NCBI GenBank assembly: GCA_949296635.1
Contig: CASFQF010000001.1
Location: 1 to 51,347, forward strand
Direction of reading: 5' to 3'
Source of the DNA: an uncultured Alistipes sp.
GTDB taxonomy: Bacteria > Bacteroidota > Bacteroidia > Bacteroidales > Rikenellaceae
DNA: 51,347 nt
The notes under the pieces were generated by a model, which was not told where the DNA came from, did not search any database, and saw only the letters and a program-made list of their open reading frames with translations. Numbering within the stretch: the first letter of the stretch is position 1; the number at the start of each line of letters is the position of its first letter. The translations under genes and the position numbers were made by a program. Shown piece after piece: positions 31,231 through 39,474 of this stretch.

Positions 31231-33363
31231 ATGCGTAGCGCGTACATATGGATCGTATCGGCCGTTGCGGCAGCGGTGCTGTCGCTGCTGCCGTATTCGG
31301 CGTCCGCACAGTTGGACGCCGCGGCGCTGGCACGCGCGCAACGCAACGGCGAGAATGTCGCTCTGGGCGGCGCCAACCCCTACGATACGGGCACCGGCGA
31401 ACAGACGCAGGAGAAGGGGGACTCGACACGTACGCGCCGTATAAAGCGGCCGCTCGAGTCGTACCTGTTCAACGACTCGATCCGCGCGCTGCCCAACTTC
31501 ATGTGGACGGTCGACCGCGACCTGAACGGCGTGGAGATCATGCCTATTGACACGCTGATAGACAATTGGCGCATCGACTACCCTTACTATATGAACGGTG
31601 TGGGCGATATGACTCTCGGCGGGCTGGGGCAGTCGACGCTGCCGTTCAACTACTTCGACCGCAGGCAGGACCCCGACTTCAAGTTCGCGCGTTCGTACGA
31701 CGCCTACACATACCGCATGGACAACGTGCCGTTCTACAATACGAAGACGCCGTACCTTAACCTCACGTATCTCGAGTCGGGGCAGAAGCGCTACCGTGAG
31801 GAGCACTTCGAGATAACGACGGCTCACAACATATCGCCCACGACGGGATTCAACGTGAGCTACAAGGCGCGCGGCACGAAGGGACTGTACGAGTGGCAGC
31901 GGACGATAGACCACAACCTCTCGGTGGCCTTCTCGCATACGGGCAAGCGCTACTCGGTGCATGCAGCCTACATAAACAACCGCATACGGCAGCGTGAGAA
32001 CGGCGGTGTCGTTGGGACGTGGGCCGTCGTCGACACGGTCTTCGAGCACCCGTCGGGCGTGCCGATGAAGCTGGCCGAGGCCGAGGCGGAGAACTCGTAC
32101 CGCAACAACTCCTTCTTCCTGAAGCAGTCGTACGCCATACCGTTGCAGCGGGTGACCGACTACGACTTCTCGATAGCTGGGCTTTCGGCGGTATACATAG
32201 GCCACGTGTTCGAATACAACACATGGAGCAAACTCTACACCGACAAGTACGCCACCTACACGAATGAGCGCGGGGACCGCAACGACAAGGGGGAGTTTAT
32301 ACCCACGACGGAGGCATATTACAAGGATTGGTACATCTCGCCCGCCGAGTCGCGGGACTCGATCCGCGAGCGGGTGTTGTCCAACCGCTTCTTCGTCGAG
32401 GCGCAGCCGTGGGACCGCAACGGTGTTGTGGGCGTGCTCGACGGCGGCATAGGCATCGACATGTATGCCTACTCGCAGTTCGCCCTGCAGGACTATGCTG
32501 CGGGCAAGTACGGTGTTGACAAGCGCACGGCGTGGTATGCCTACGGCGCCGTGAGCGGCAAGATAAAGAAATTCGCCGACTGGGGTGCGGACGTCAAGTT
32601 CTACCCGTCGGGTTACAGGAGCGGAGACCTCGCCCTGAACGCCCATGTGGCGCTTACGGCGAAGTTCCGGGGTCATCCGGTTATCCTCTCGGGCCGATTC
32701 TTGCAGACGAGCCTTTCGGCCGGATATTGGGAGGAAAACCTATTCTCGAACCACTATGTGTGGTCCAACTCTTTCGATAAAGAGAATGAAACCCGTTTCG
32801 AAGTGTCGTTGAAGATTCCCGATTGGGCGCTCGAGTTGAGCGCATGGCAGGGCGTGGTGTCGAACAAGATATACTACGGCGCCGACAGCCGCGTGGCACA
32901 GTCGGGGGCGACGATAAGTCTGACGAGTTTGTATGCCCGCAAGGATTTCCGCCTCGGCGGATTCCATTTCGACCACAGGGTATTGTTGCAGTGGAGCACG
33001 GATCAGGATGTCATCCCCGTTCCGTTGTGCAGCGCCTACTTATCGTATTTCTACGAGATGTGGGTGGTGCGCGATGTATTGCGCCTTCAGGTGGGCTTCG
33101 ACGGACGTTACAACACCAAGTATTACGCCCCGTCGTACAATCCCGCTCTGGCGGCGTTCTACAACCAACACGATGTGCGGTTGGGAAATTATCCCTACCT
33201 CGACGCATTCGTGTCGGCAAAATGGAAGAGAATGCGCATATTCTTGAAGTACCAGCACGTGAATGCCGGTCTGTTCGGAAACAACCAGTATTTCACCGTT
33301 GCCGGTTACCCGCTCAATCCGGGTATGTTCAAGATGGGCATCTCGTGGGGATTCTATGATTAG
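31231..33363 (+). CDS. Bacteroidota putative porin (outer-membrane beta-barrel)
   Basis: Signal peptide; FYNTKTPY, ENGG, YYAPSYNPAL..FYNQ and GNYPYLDAF motifs; C-terminal GISWGFYD. Confidence 0.85.
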   Translation: MRSAYIWIVSAVAAAVLSLLPYSASAQLDAAALARAQRNGENVALGGANPYDTGTGEQTQEKGDSTRTRRIKRPLESYLFNDSIRALPNFMWTVDRDLNGVEIMPIDTLIDNWRIDYPYYMNGVGDMTLGGLGQSTLPFNYFDRRQDPDFKFARSYDAYTYRMDNVPFYNTKTPYLNLTYLESGQKRYREEHFEITTAHNISPTTGFNVSYKARGTKGLYEWQRTIDHNLSVAFSHTGKRYSVHAAYINNRIRQRENGGVVGTWAVVDTVFEHPSGVPMKLAEAEAENSYRNNSFFLKQSYAIPLQRVTDYDFSIAGLSAVYIGHVFEYNTWSKLYTDKYATYTNERGDRNDKGEFIPTTEAYYKDWYISPAESRDSIRERVLSNRFFVEAQPWDRNGVVGVLDGGIGIDMYAYSQFALQDYAAGKYGVDKRTAWYAYGAVSGKIKKFADWGADVKFYPSGYRSGDLALNAHVALTAKFRGHPVILSGRFLQTSLSAGYWEENLFSNHYVWSNSFDKENETRFEVSLKIPDWALELSAWQGVVSNKIYYGADSRVAQSGATISLTSLYARKDFRLGGFHFDHRVLLQWSTDQDVIPVPLCSAYLSYFYEMWVVRDVLRLQVGFDGRYNTKYYAPSYNPALAAFYNQHDVRLGNYPYLDAFVSAKWKRMRIFLKYQHVNAGLFGNNQYFTVAGYPLNPGMFKMGISWGFYD

Positions 33364-33407
33364 CGTGCTGTATTGCGCGGTATGAGCTGCCCGCAAAACA
33401 GTTTTTT

Positions 33408-34115
33408 ATGTCAAAAAAGGCAGTAGTTTTTTCGATCGTTCTTTTCGTATTGATCACATTCATCTGGTCCGACGCCTGCAAGCAGGATATGGCGCTGAGC
33501 GCCGTCGCAGCGAATCGGGCCGTTACGGCTGCAAAGGTGGCCGACAGTCCGGCGGCACCGGAGTATCTCATCTCGGCCTATGACGATGTGATGCGCCGTG
33601 TCGGCGAGGAGGAGGGGCAGGACTGGCTCCTGATGAGCGCCATAGCGTACAGCGAGTCGCGCTTCGAGTCGGATCTGGTCTCCAAACAGGGGGCGATAGG
33701 GCTCATGCAGGTGATGCCCATCGTCGGCAAGCAGTTCAATGTCGCCAAGGAGCGTATCATGGACCCCGAGACCAACATACGTCTTGCAGGCAAGCTCCTG
33801 AACGAGATAGACGACATGTTGAATCTCTCGCCCTCGACCCCCGCGAACGATCGTTTAAGCATTATTCTTGCCTGCTACAACGGCGGTATCGGCCATGTGT
33901 CGGACGCGCGCCGTTTGGCACGGAGCAACGGTGAGGATCCCAACTCGTGGGAGGTGGTGGCGCGTTATCTCGACATGAAGGCCGACCCCGCCGTTTACGA
34001 GAGCGAGTTGGTTCGCTACGGCAAATTTACCGGAAGCCGTCAGACGAAGAGCTACGTCAGGGAGGTCATGCAGCGCTATGACACCTATCGTAAGATGGTA
34101 GCCGGCAGATCCTGA
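33408..34115 (+). CDS. SLT-domain lytic transglycosylase (MltF-like catalytic domain)
   Basis: AIAYSESRF, GAIGLMQVMP and LACYNGGIGHV motifs. Confidence 0.9.
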   Translation: MSKKAVVFSIVLFVLITFIWSDACKQDMALSAVAANRAVTAAKVADSPAAPEYLISAYDDVMRRVGEEEGQDWLLMSAIAYSESRFESDLVSKQGAIGLMQVMPIVGKQFNVAKERIMDPETNIRLAGKLLNEIDDMLNLSPSTPANDRLSIILACYNGGIGHVSDARRLARSNGEDPNSWEVVARYLDMKADPAVYESELVRYGKFTGSRQTKSYVREVMQRYDTYRKMVAGRS

Positions 34116-34137
34116 CCGCTGGGCAAGCAAGACTGAC

Positions 34138-34176
34138 AAAAGAGCCGTTCCCAGAATGGGTGCGGCTCCTTTTTTT
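34138..34176 (+). terminator. Intrinsic terminator after the SLT gene
   Basis: GAGCCGTTCCCA-GAA-TGGGTGCGGCTC imperfect stem followed by C and T7. Confidence 0.8.
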
Positions 34177-34315
34177 GTTGATTTATTTCTGCAATGTTCG
34201 ATAGATTATAGAACTTGCATGGCGTTGGATAAATAGCTGAGACCGAATGATTATGAAACGATGTGCCGTGTGCTAAATTTTAACACTTTAAAATAGTACG
34301 GATTCAATTTATTAC

Positions 34316-34323
34316 TATATTTG
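34316..34323 (+). promoter_or_regulatory. -7 promoter element (TATATTTG) of the islet operon
   Basis: Exact TAnnTTTG, ~360 nt upstream of the first gene, which implies a long 5' leader. Confidence 0.7.
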
Positions 34324-34382
34324 TAACAAACAGCATAAAAGCAAGGTATGTAAAGAAGGAGAATAAGGACATAAATATATAA

Positions 34383-34556
34383 GCGTTAGCTTTTTTCGTG
34401 CCTTTTGAAACTTGGTCGTTTTATGTAGCACATGAATGAAGTTGACGCCTGCGTTGCTGCTTTCTGCAGTACACGTGGGCTTCATTCAATTATTTGTGCT
34501 ACGGGTAGACCAAGACCTCAAAAGGCAAGTAAGAGAATACGAGCCCGCGTTTTTTA
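34383..34556 (+). ncRNA. Candidate cis-regulatory leader RNA with alternative terminator/antiterminator folds
   Basis: Four nested perfect helices (10, 7, 8 and 9 bp) between 34399 and 34527. A competing hairpin at 34473-34550 is followed by a U tract. Confidence 0.7.
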
Positions 34557-34683
34557 TTGTACTACCCCAAATACAGCAACGCCATGAAAACGATCTATCA
34601 AAACAAATCTCCGTAAAGAGGAGCGGCTATTTACTGAACGCATACCTAATGCTAACATTATAAACAATATAACGATTATAAAT

Positions 34684-35298
34684 ATGTCAGAAGAATTAAA
34701 AAAATGCGCAGTTTGTGGAATGAAAATTCCTGTTGATGCGCAAATGTGTCCTTATTGCAGATCAATACAACCACAACAAGAAAAGAGGTCATTATCGGGG
34801 TGTTTAAACATAATCGGAGGCATTGTCCTAATTTTGGTCATATTGGCAGCCATTGGCAGTATATGTTCATCCCCTGAATCCGATGAAACGCCGTCAGTGC
34901 AGCAACCTACTGAAACAGAGGTAGAACTACAACAGCCGTCAACGACAAAACCTACAACTTCTGCAACGCAACTGCCTGAATCTTCAAGTCATAGTGCGAA
35001 TAGTCCAAGTGGGCAAAACACACCCTCTGCACCAAGCAGCGGCTCGGCCGCTACCGAGGTGAATACTGGAACGAACGACGAAATAATCCCACAAGAAAGA
35101 GATGGCAACAGTAGTGCAGCGTCAACATCCGGAGGGGCTTTGGATCATGGAGAACAGGCGCTTGAACAGCAAAGGGCTAAAGATAGAGCTGATAGACAAG
35201 CCAAGAGACAGGAACGGAAACAGGAGCGTCAAGCGAAAAAGAACAATAAACAGGCCGAACAGGATAAAAAGGAGAAACAAACTTTAATGGTATTGTAA
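34684..35298 (+). CDS. Zinc-ribbon, single-TM hypothetical protein with Ser/Thr/Pro-rich linker and charged tail
   Basis: CAVCG...CPYCR, hydrophobic IIGGIVLILVILAAIG, low-complexity S/T/P region and K/Q/R/E-rich C-terminus. Confidence 0.8.
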   Translation: MSEELKKCAVCGMKIPVDAQMCPYCRSIQPQQEKRSLSGCLNIIGGIVLILVILAAIGSICSSPESDETPSVQQPTETEVELQQPSTTKPTTSATQLPESSSHSANSPSGQNTPSAPSSGSAATEVNTGTNDEIIPQERDGNSSAASTSGGALDHGEQALEQQRAKDRADRQAKRQERKQERQAKKNNKQAEQDKKEKQTLMVL

Positions 35299-35300
35299 CG

Positions 35301-35897
35301 ATGAAAAAGCAAAATAACTGTACTGTGGGCAAAAAACATGGATATGTCTATGTAATGTCGAATCCTTCGATGCCCAAAATGGTGAAAATAGGTGTTACGC
35401 AGCAAACCGTAGAGAAACGGTTGAAAGCGTTGTCGAAACCGACCGGAGTGCCGACTCCGTTTCAAATAGAGTACGAATGCGAAGTGGATGATTGCTACAA
35501 AATAGAAACCGCACTCAAGGCGATATTCGGGCCGTACAGAGTGAGTGAGAACCGTGAATTCTTCCAAGTGTCGGTATCGCAGATCATAGCGGTACTGCAG
35601 CTTGTGGAATGCAGGAATACGACGAAAGAGGCTACGGCGGATGAAACGGCATCGAAAAGGAATCCGAGGTTTAACTTCGATGTGATGAATATTCCCGTAG
35701 GGGCGCAACTCACATTCGTTCAAAACGACAGTATCGTCGCCGATGTAACAGCAAACAACAAGGTTATGTGTAACGGCAAGGAACAATCGTTGTCGGCATT
35801 GACGTGTGAACTGCTCGGATACATCGTCCGTCCGCTTCAATATTGGTCATACAATGGAATGAATCTTCTCGATATTTATCGCGCTGCGTATAGGTAG
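35301..35897 (+). CDS. GIY-YIG (T5orf172/MUG113-type) nuclease-domain protein with extra C-terminal domain
   Basis: GYVYVMSN...VKIGVT...RL..L..PTGVPTPF...E...REFF, then a distinct ~70-aa C-terminal domain. Confidence 0.85.
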   Translation: MKKQNNCTVGKKHGYVYVMSNPSMPKMVKIGVTQQTVEKRLKALSKPTGVPTPFQIEYECEVDDCYKIETALKAIFGPYRVSENREFFQVSVSQIIAVLQLVECRNTTKEATADETASKRNPRFNFDVMNIPVGAQLTFVQNDSIVADVTANNKVMCNGKEQSLSALTCELLGYIVRPLQYWSYNGMNLLDIYRAAYR

Positions 35898-35925
35898 CCG
35901 GCGGCGAGGCAAAGTAGGCTGGTAG

Positions 35926-35959
35926 AAATAGCCGTTCCGCAGGGAGGAACGGCTATTTT
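35926..35959 (+). terminator. Intrinsic terminator closing the islet operon
   Basis: 13-bp perfect stem AAATAGCCGTTCC/GGAACGGCTATTT. Confidence 0.8.
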
Positions 35960-36044
35960 GTGCGCTTGCGGTAAGGCATGGGAGTGACACCCGTTATTGC
36001 ATGCAGGCTTAGCGGGGTGTCGGCGGCGCTGCATATATGGAATA

Positions 36045-36077
36045 GAAAATCCCCGCGGCCTGCACAGGCCGCGGGGA
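36045..36077 (-). terminator. Terminator after the GGGtGRT gene
   Basis: TCCCCGCGGCCT/AGGCCGCGGGGA stem followed by TTTTC on the minus strand. Confidence 0.75.
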
Positions 36078-36098
36078 CGATAGCCGGATATCTCCGGA

Positions 36099-37103
36099 TT
36101 ATTTGTTCATAGCCTGCTGTACGGCCACGGCCACGGCCACGGTAGCGCCGACCATCGGGTTGTTGCCCATGCCGAGGAAGCCCATCATCTCAACGTGTGC
36201 GGGTACCGATGACGAACCTGCGAACTGTGCGTCCGAGTGCATGCGGCCCATCGTGTCGGTCATACCGTACGAGGCGGGGCCTGCGGCCATGTTGTCGGGG
36301 TGGAGGGTACGGCCCGTGCCGCCGCCCGAGGCTACCGAGAAGTAGTTTTTGCCGGCAAGGATACGCTCCTTCTTGTATGTGCCGGCCACGGGGTGCTGGA
36401 AGCGGGTGGGGTTGGTCGAGTTACCCGTGATCGAGACGTCGACATCCTCCTTCCACATGATAGCTACGCCCTCGCGCACGTCGTCGGCGCCGTAGCAGCG
36501 CACCTTCGAGCGCAGGCCGTCAGAATATGCTATGGTGTCGACAACCTTCACCTCGCCGGTGTAGTAGTCGAACTGCGTCTGTACATATGTGAAGCCGTTG
36601 ATGCGCGAGATGATCTTGGCAGCATCCTTGCCCAGACCGTTGAGGATCACGCGCAGGGGGTTCTTGCGCACGCGGTTTGCCATCTCGGCGATCTTGATGG
36701 CGCCCTCGGCTGCGGCGAACGACTCGTGGCCGGCGAGGAAGGCGAAGCACTGCGTCTCCTCGCGGAGCAGGCGTGCGGCCAGATTGCCGTGGCCGAGACC
36801 CACCTTGCGGTCGTCGGCTACCGAGCCGGCGATGCAGAAGGCCTGCAGGCCCTCGCCGATAGCCTCGGCGGCGTCGGCAGCGTTGGTGCAGCCCTTCTTG
36901 ATGGCGATGGCGGCGCCCACGACGTAAGCCCACTTGGCGTTCTCGAAGCAGATGGGCTGCGTCTCCTCACACATCTTGTAGGGGTCGATGCCCTTGGCGT
37001 CGCAGATGGCCTTGGCCTCCTCGATGCCGTTGATTCCGTATTGTGCGAGCACCTCGTTGATGTGGTCGATTCGGCGCTCGTAGCTCTCAAATAAAGTTGC
37101 CAT
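36099..37103 (-). CDS. GGGtGRT family protein
   Basis: Eponymous SVASGGGTGRTLHPDNM motif; also FLAGHESFAAAEGAI. Confidence 0.93.
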   Translation of the reverse strand: MATLFESYERRIDHINEVLAQYGINGIEEAKAICDAKGIDPYKMCEETQPICFENAKWAYVVGAAIAIKKGCTNAADAAEAIGEGLQAFCIAGSVADDRKVGLGHGNLAARLLREETQCFAFLAGHESFAAAEGAIKIAEMANRVRKNPLRVILNGLGKDAAKIISRINGFTYVQTQFDYYTGEVKVVDTIAYSDGLRSKVRCYGADDVREGVAIMWKEDVDVSITGNSTNPTRFQHPVAGTYKKERILAGKNYFSVASGGGTGRTLHPDNMAAGPASYGMTDTMGRMHSDAQFAGSSSVPAHVEMMGFLGMGNNPMVGATVAVAVAVQQAMNK

Positions 37104-37139
37104 ATTGATTTTTTCTCTTTTTTCGGTTACACAATGGGT

Positions 37140-37832
37140 TTACTCTTGACGCGGGTCGATGTACTTCACTGCATCCTTGAAGCGGCCGTAAGAGCCCTTG
37201 GCCTTCTCGAGAGCCTCGGCGGGAGCGATGCCCTTCTTGATGAAGTCCATCATCTTGCCCAGATGAACGAACTCGTAACCTATCACCTCGTCGTTCTCGT
37301 CGAGGGCCATGCGGGTGCAGTAGCCTTCGGCCATTTCGAGGTAGCGGGTACCCTTGGCCAGCGTGCCGAACATGGTTCCCACCTGTGAGCGCAGGCCCTT
37401 GCCCAGATCCTCGAGCGAGGCGCCGATGGTGAGGCCGCCTTCAGAGAAAGCCGACTGCGTACGTCCGTATACGATCTGCTTGAAGAGTTCGCGCATGGCT
37501 GTATTGATGGCGTCGCAGACGAGGTCGGTGTTCAGTGCCTCGAGGATGGTCTTGCCCGGGAGTATCTCCGACGCCATGGCGGCCGAGTGGGTCATGCCCG
37601 AGCAGCCGATGGTCTCCACCAGAGCCTCCTGAATGATGCCCTCTTTTACATTGAGCGTGAGCTTGCACGCGCCCTGCTCCGGAGCGCACCAGCCCACACC
37701 GTGCGTGAGGCCGGAAATGTCCTTGATCTCTTTAGCGACAACCCATTTGCCCTCCTGCGGAATGGGAGCCGATGCGTGGTTGGCACCCTTTTTTACGCAG
37801 CACATCTGCTGCACTTCATGTGAATAAATCAT
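37140..37832 (-). CDS. NifU/IscU-like Fe-S scaffold family protein (GGGtGRT-associated)
   Basis: GVGWCAPEQGACKLTL, ETIGCSGMTHSAAMA and LNTDLVCDAIN motifs. TAAATTTG at 37904-37911 (minus). Confidence 0.85.
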   Translation of the reverse strand: MIYSHEVQQMCCVKKGANHASAPIPQEGKWVVAKEIKDISGLTHGVGWCAPEQGACKLTLNVKEGIIQEALVETIGCSGMTHSAAMASEILPGKTILEALNTDLVCDAINTAMRELFKQIVYGRTQSAFSEGGLTIGASLEDLGKGLRSQVGTMFGTLAKGTRYLEMAEGYCTRMALDENDEVIGYEFVHLGKMMDFIKKGIAPAEALEKAKGSYGRFKDAVKYIDPRQE

Positions 37833-37991
37833 AGTTAGAAGAGTTTATTTGTTCGTATAACAGTCTGTTTGCCACCTGTTGTGGTTCCTGTAAAAAGCCG
37901 TTGCAAATTTAGTTATAAATTCCCGCAATAGCAATCAAAGGTTGTTTTTTGTTGACGAATATTCTACCTTTGTGACAAATAAGGTTTTGCT

Positions 37992-38593
37992 ATGAAAGAC
38001 GGCTCTCTTTGCGGCGGCCGCGTCCTGCTTCTGGCCGCCGTCGAGGATGAATTGGGCGATGCGGCCGCCGCTCTGGCGCGCCGCTGCGATGTGGTATTCA
38101 CGGGAGTGGGCAAGCTGCGGGCATTCGAGGCGGCGCTGGCGGCGCTGGCGGGGCACGACTATGCTGCCGTGGTCAACGTGGGTACGTGCGGCTCGCTGGT
38201 GCACCCTGCGGGCGCTGCCTGTGTCCGTCCGAGGTGTGGCAGGGCGGCCTCTATCTCGATTCGGTCTTCGCCACGGAGCCCGAATATGCCGCATCGGGCG
38301 ACGCGGGCGTCTCGCTGGTCTCGGTCGACAGTTTCATCTCGCCTGCGACGCCGCGCGCCGAGCTCGATGTGCTGGCGCGTTACGACTGTTTCGAGATGGA
38401 GGGTTATGCCATCCTGCGCGCCGTGCGTTTCCATGCCGCGATGCGGGGTACGGAAGCGCCTCCGGTGATGATGCTGAAGGGTGTGAGCGACAACGTCGAC
38501 GGCACGATCGAGGATTGGTTTGTCAAGCTCGGGCGGGTCCGTCCGGCGTTGCTGGAGCGGACCTGCAGCCTGCTGTCGTCGCTCGGCGTATGA
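37992..38593 (+). pseudogene. MTA/SAH nucleosidase-like (phosphorylase family) gene with 1-nt frameshift
   Basis: N-half (AAVEDE, FTGVGK, VNVGTCGS) and C-half (FEMEGYA, KGVSDNVD) lie in different frames, with the switch at ~38205-38235. The span is 602 nt, one base short of 201 codons. Confidence 0.75.
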
Positions 38594-38634
38594 TGCGACG
38601 GATATTTGTATCTTAACACGAAACTCCCGAAAAG

Positions 38635-39447
38635 ATGAGAATAGAAGCCAATTGCAAGATAAATCTGGGCCTTGACGTGCTTCGCCGCCGCGAGGACGGC
38701 TATCACGACATCGAGACCGTAATGTATCCCCTGCGCGGGCTGTACGACGTGCTGGAGATCGAGCCTGCGGAGACGGCGGGGGCGGAGCTGGTGACGCTCG
38801 GCATCCGTGTCGACTGCCCGCCCGAGAAGAACATATGCATGAAGGCGTACGAGTTGCTGCGCCGGCGTTACGGTGTCGGGGGCGTGCGCATCACGCTCGA
38901 CAAACGTGTCCCCTTCGGTGCGGGGCTCGGCGGCGGGTCGTCGGACGGCACGGCGGTGCTGGTGGCGCTGAACGAGATGTTCTCGCTGGGGATGGATGAG
39001 GCGGCGCTGATAGCCGCGGCTGCCGAGCTGGGCAGCGATACGCCGTTCTTCGTGCGCAATACGCCGCAGTTGTGCGGGGGGCGGGGCGAGCGTATGACCC
39101 CCGTGGATGTCGACCTCGCGGGGTGGTGGATTGCCGTTGTGAAGCCCGACGAAGGGGTGTCGACGCGCGAGGCGTATGCCGGCGTGACGCCGCATGTACC
39201 GTCGCGGCCGCTGGCGGAGCGTATTGCCGTGCCTGTCGAGCGGTGGCAGGGGAGCGTGACCAACGACTTCGAGCGGTCGGTCTTTGCGGCGCATCCCGCC
39301 ATCGGGCGGGTCAAGCGGTCGCTTCTGGAAGCGGGGGCCGTATATGCCTCCATGTCGGGGAGCGGGTCGGCCGTATTCGGTCTCTTCGACGACGGCGATA
39401 AGGCCGAGGCGATGCGCGGCGCGACACGGTATATCTACCGACTGTAG
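38635..39447 (+). CDS. ispE: 4-diphosphocytidyl-2-C-methyl-D-erythritol kinase
   Basis: KINLGL..RREDGYHDIET, PFGAGLGGGSSD, LGSDTPFF and MSGSGSAVFG motifs. Confidence 0.96.
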   Translation: MRIEANCKINLGLDVLRRREDGYHDIETVMYPLRGLYDVLEIEPAETAGAELVTLGIRVDCPPEKNICMKAYELLRRRYGVGGVRITLDKRVPFGAGLGGGSSDGTAVLVALNEMFSLGMDEAALIAAAAELGSDTPFFVRNTPQLCGGRGERMTPVDVDLAGWWIAVVKPDEGVSTREAYAGVTPHVPSRPLAERIAVPVERWQGSVTNDFERSVFAAHPAIGRVKRSLLEAGAVYASMSGSGSAVFGLFDDGDKAEAMRGATRYIYRL

Positions 39448-39474
39448 GGTGCAGGGGCGCGGCGGCGCAAAACG

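Larger units (their letters stand above)
34180..35960. other. AT-rich horizontally acquired islet (promoter, structured leader, two genes)
   Basis: Abrupt GC drop: hand counts of sampled 60-nt lines give ~33-53%, against ~53-68% in sampled lines of the porin 5' part. A/T-ending codons. Bounded by two terminators. No integrase or transposase. Confidence 0.8.

Noticed and set aside
34436-34663. 75-aa ORF in the islet leader
   Set aside because: It runs through the paired RNA helices and U tract and has no recognisable motif. The RNA structure explains the sequence better, though translation cannot be fully excluded.
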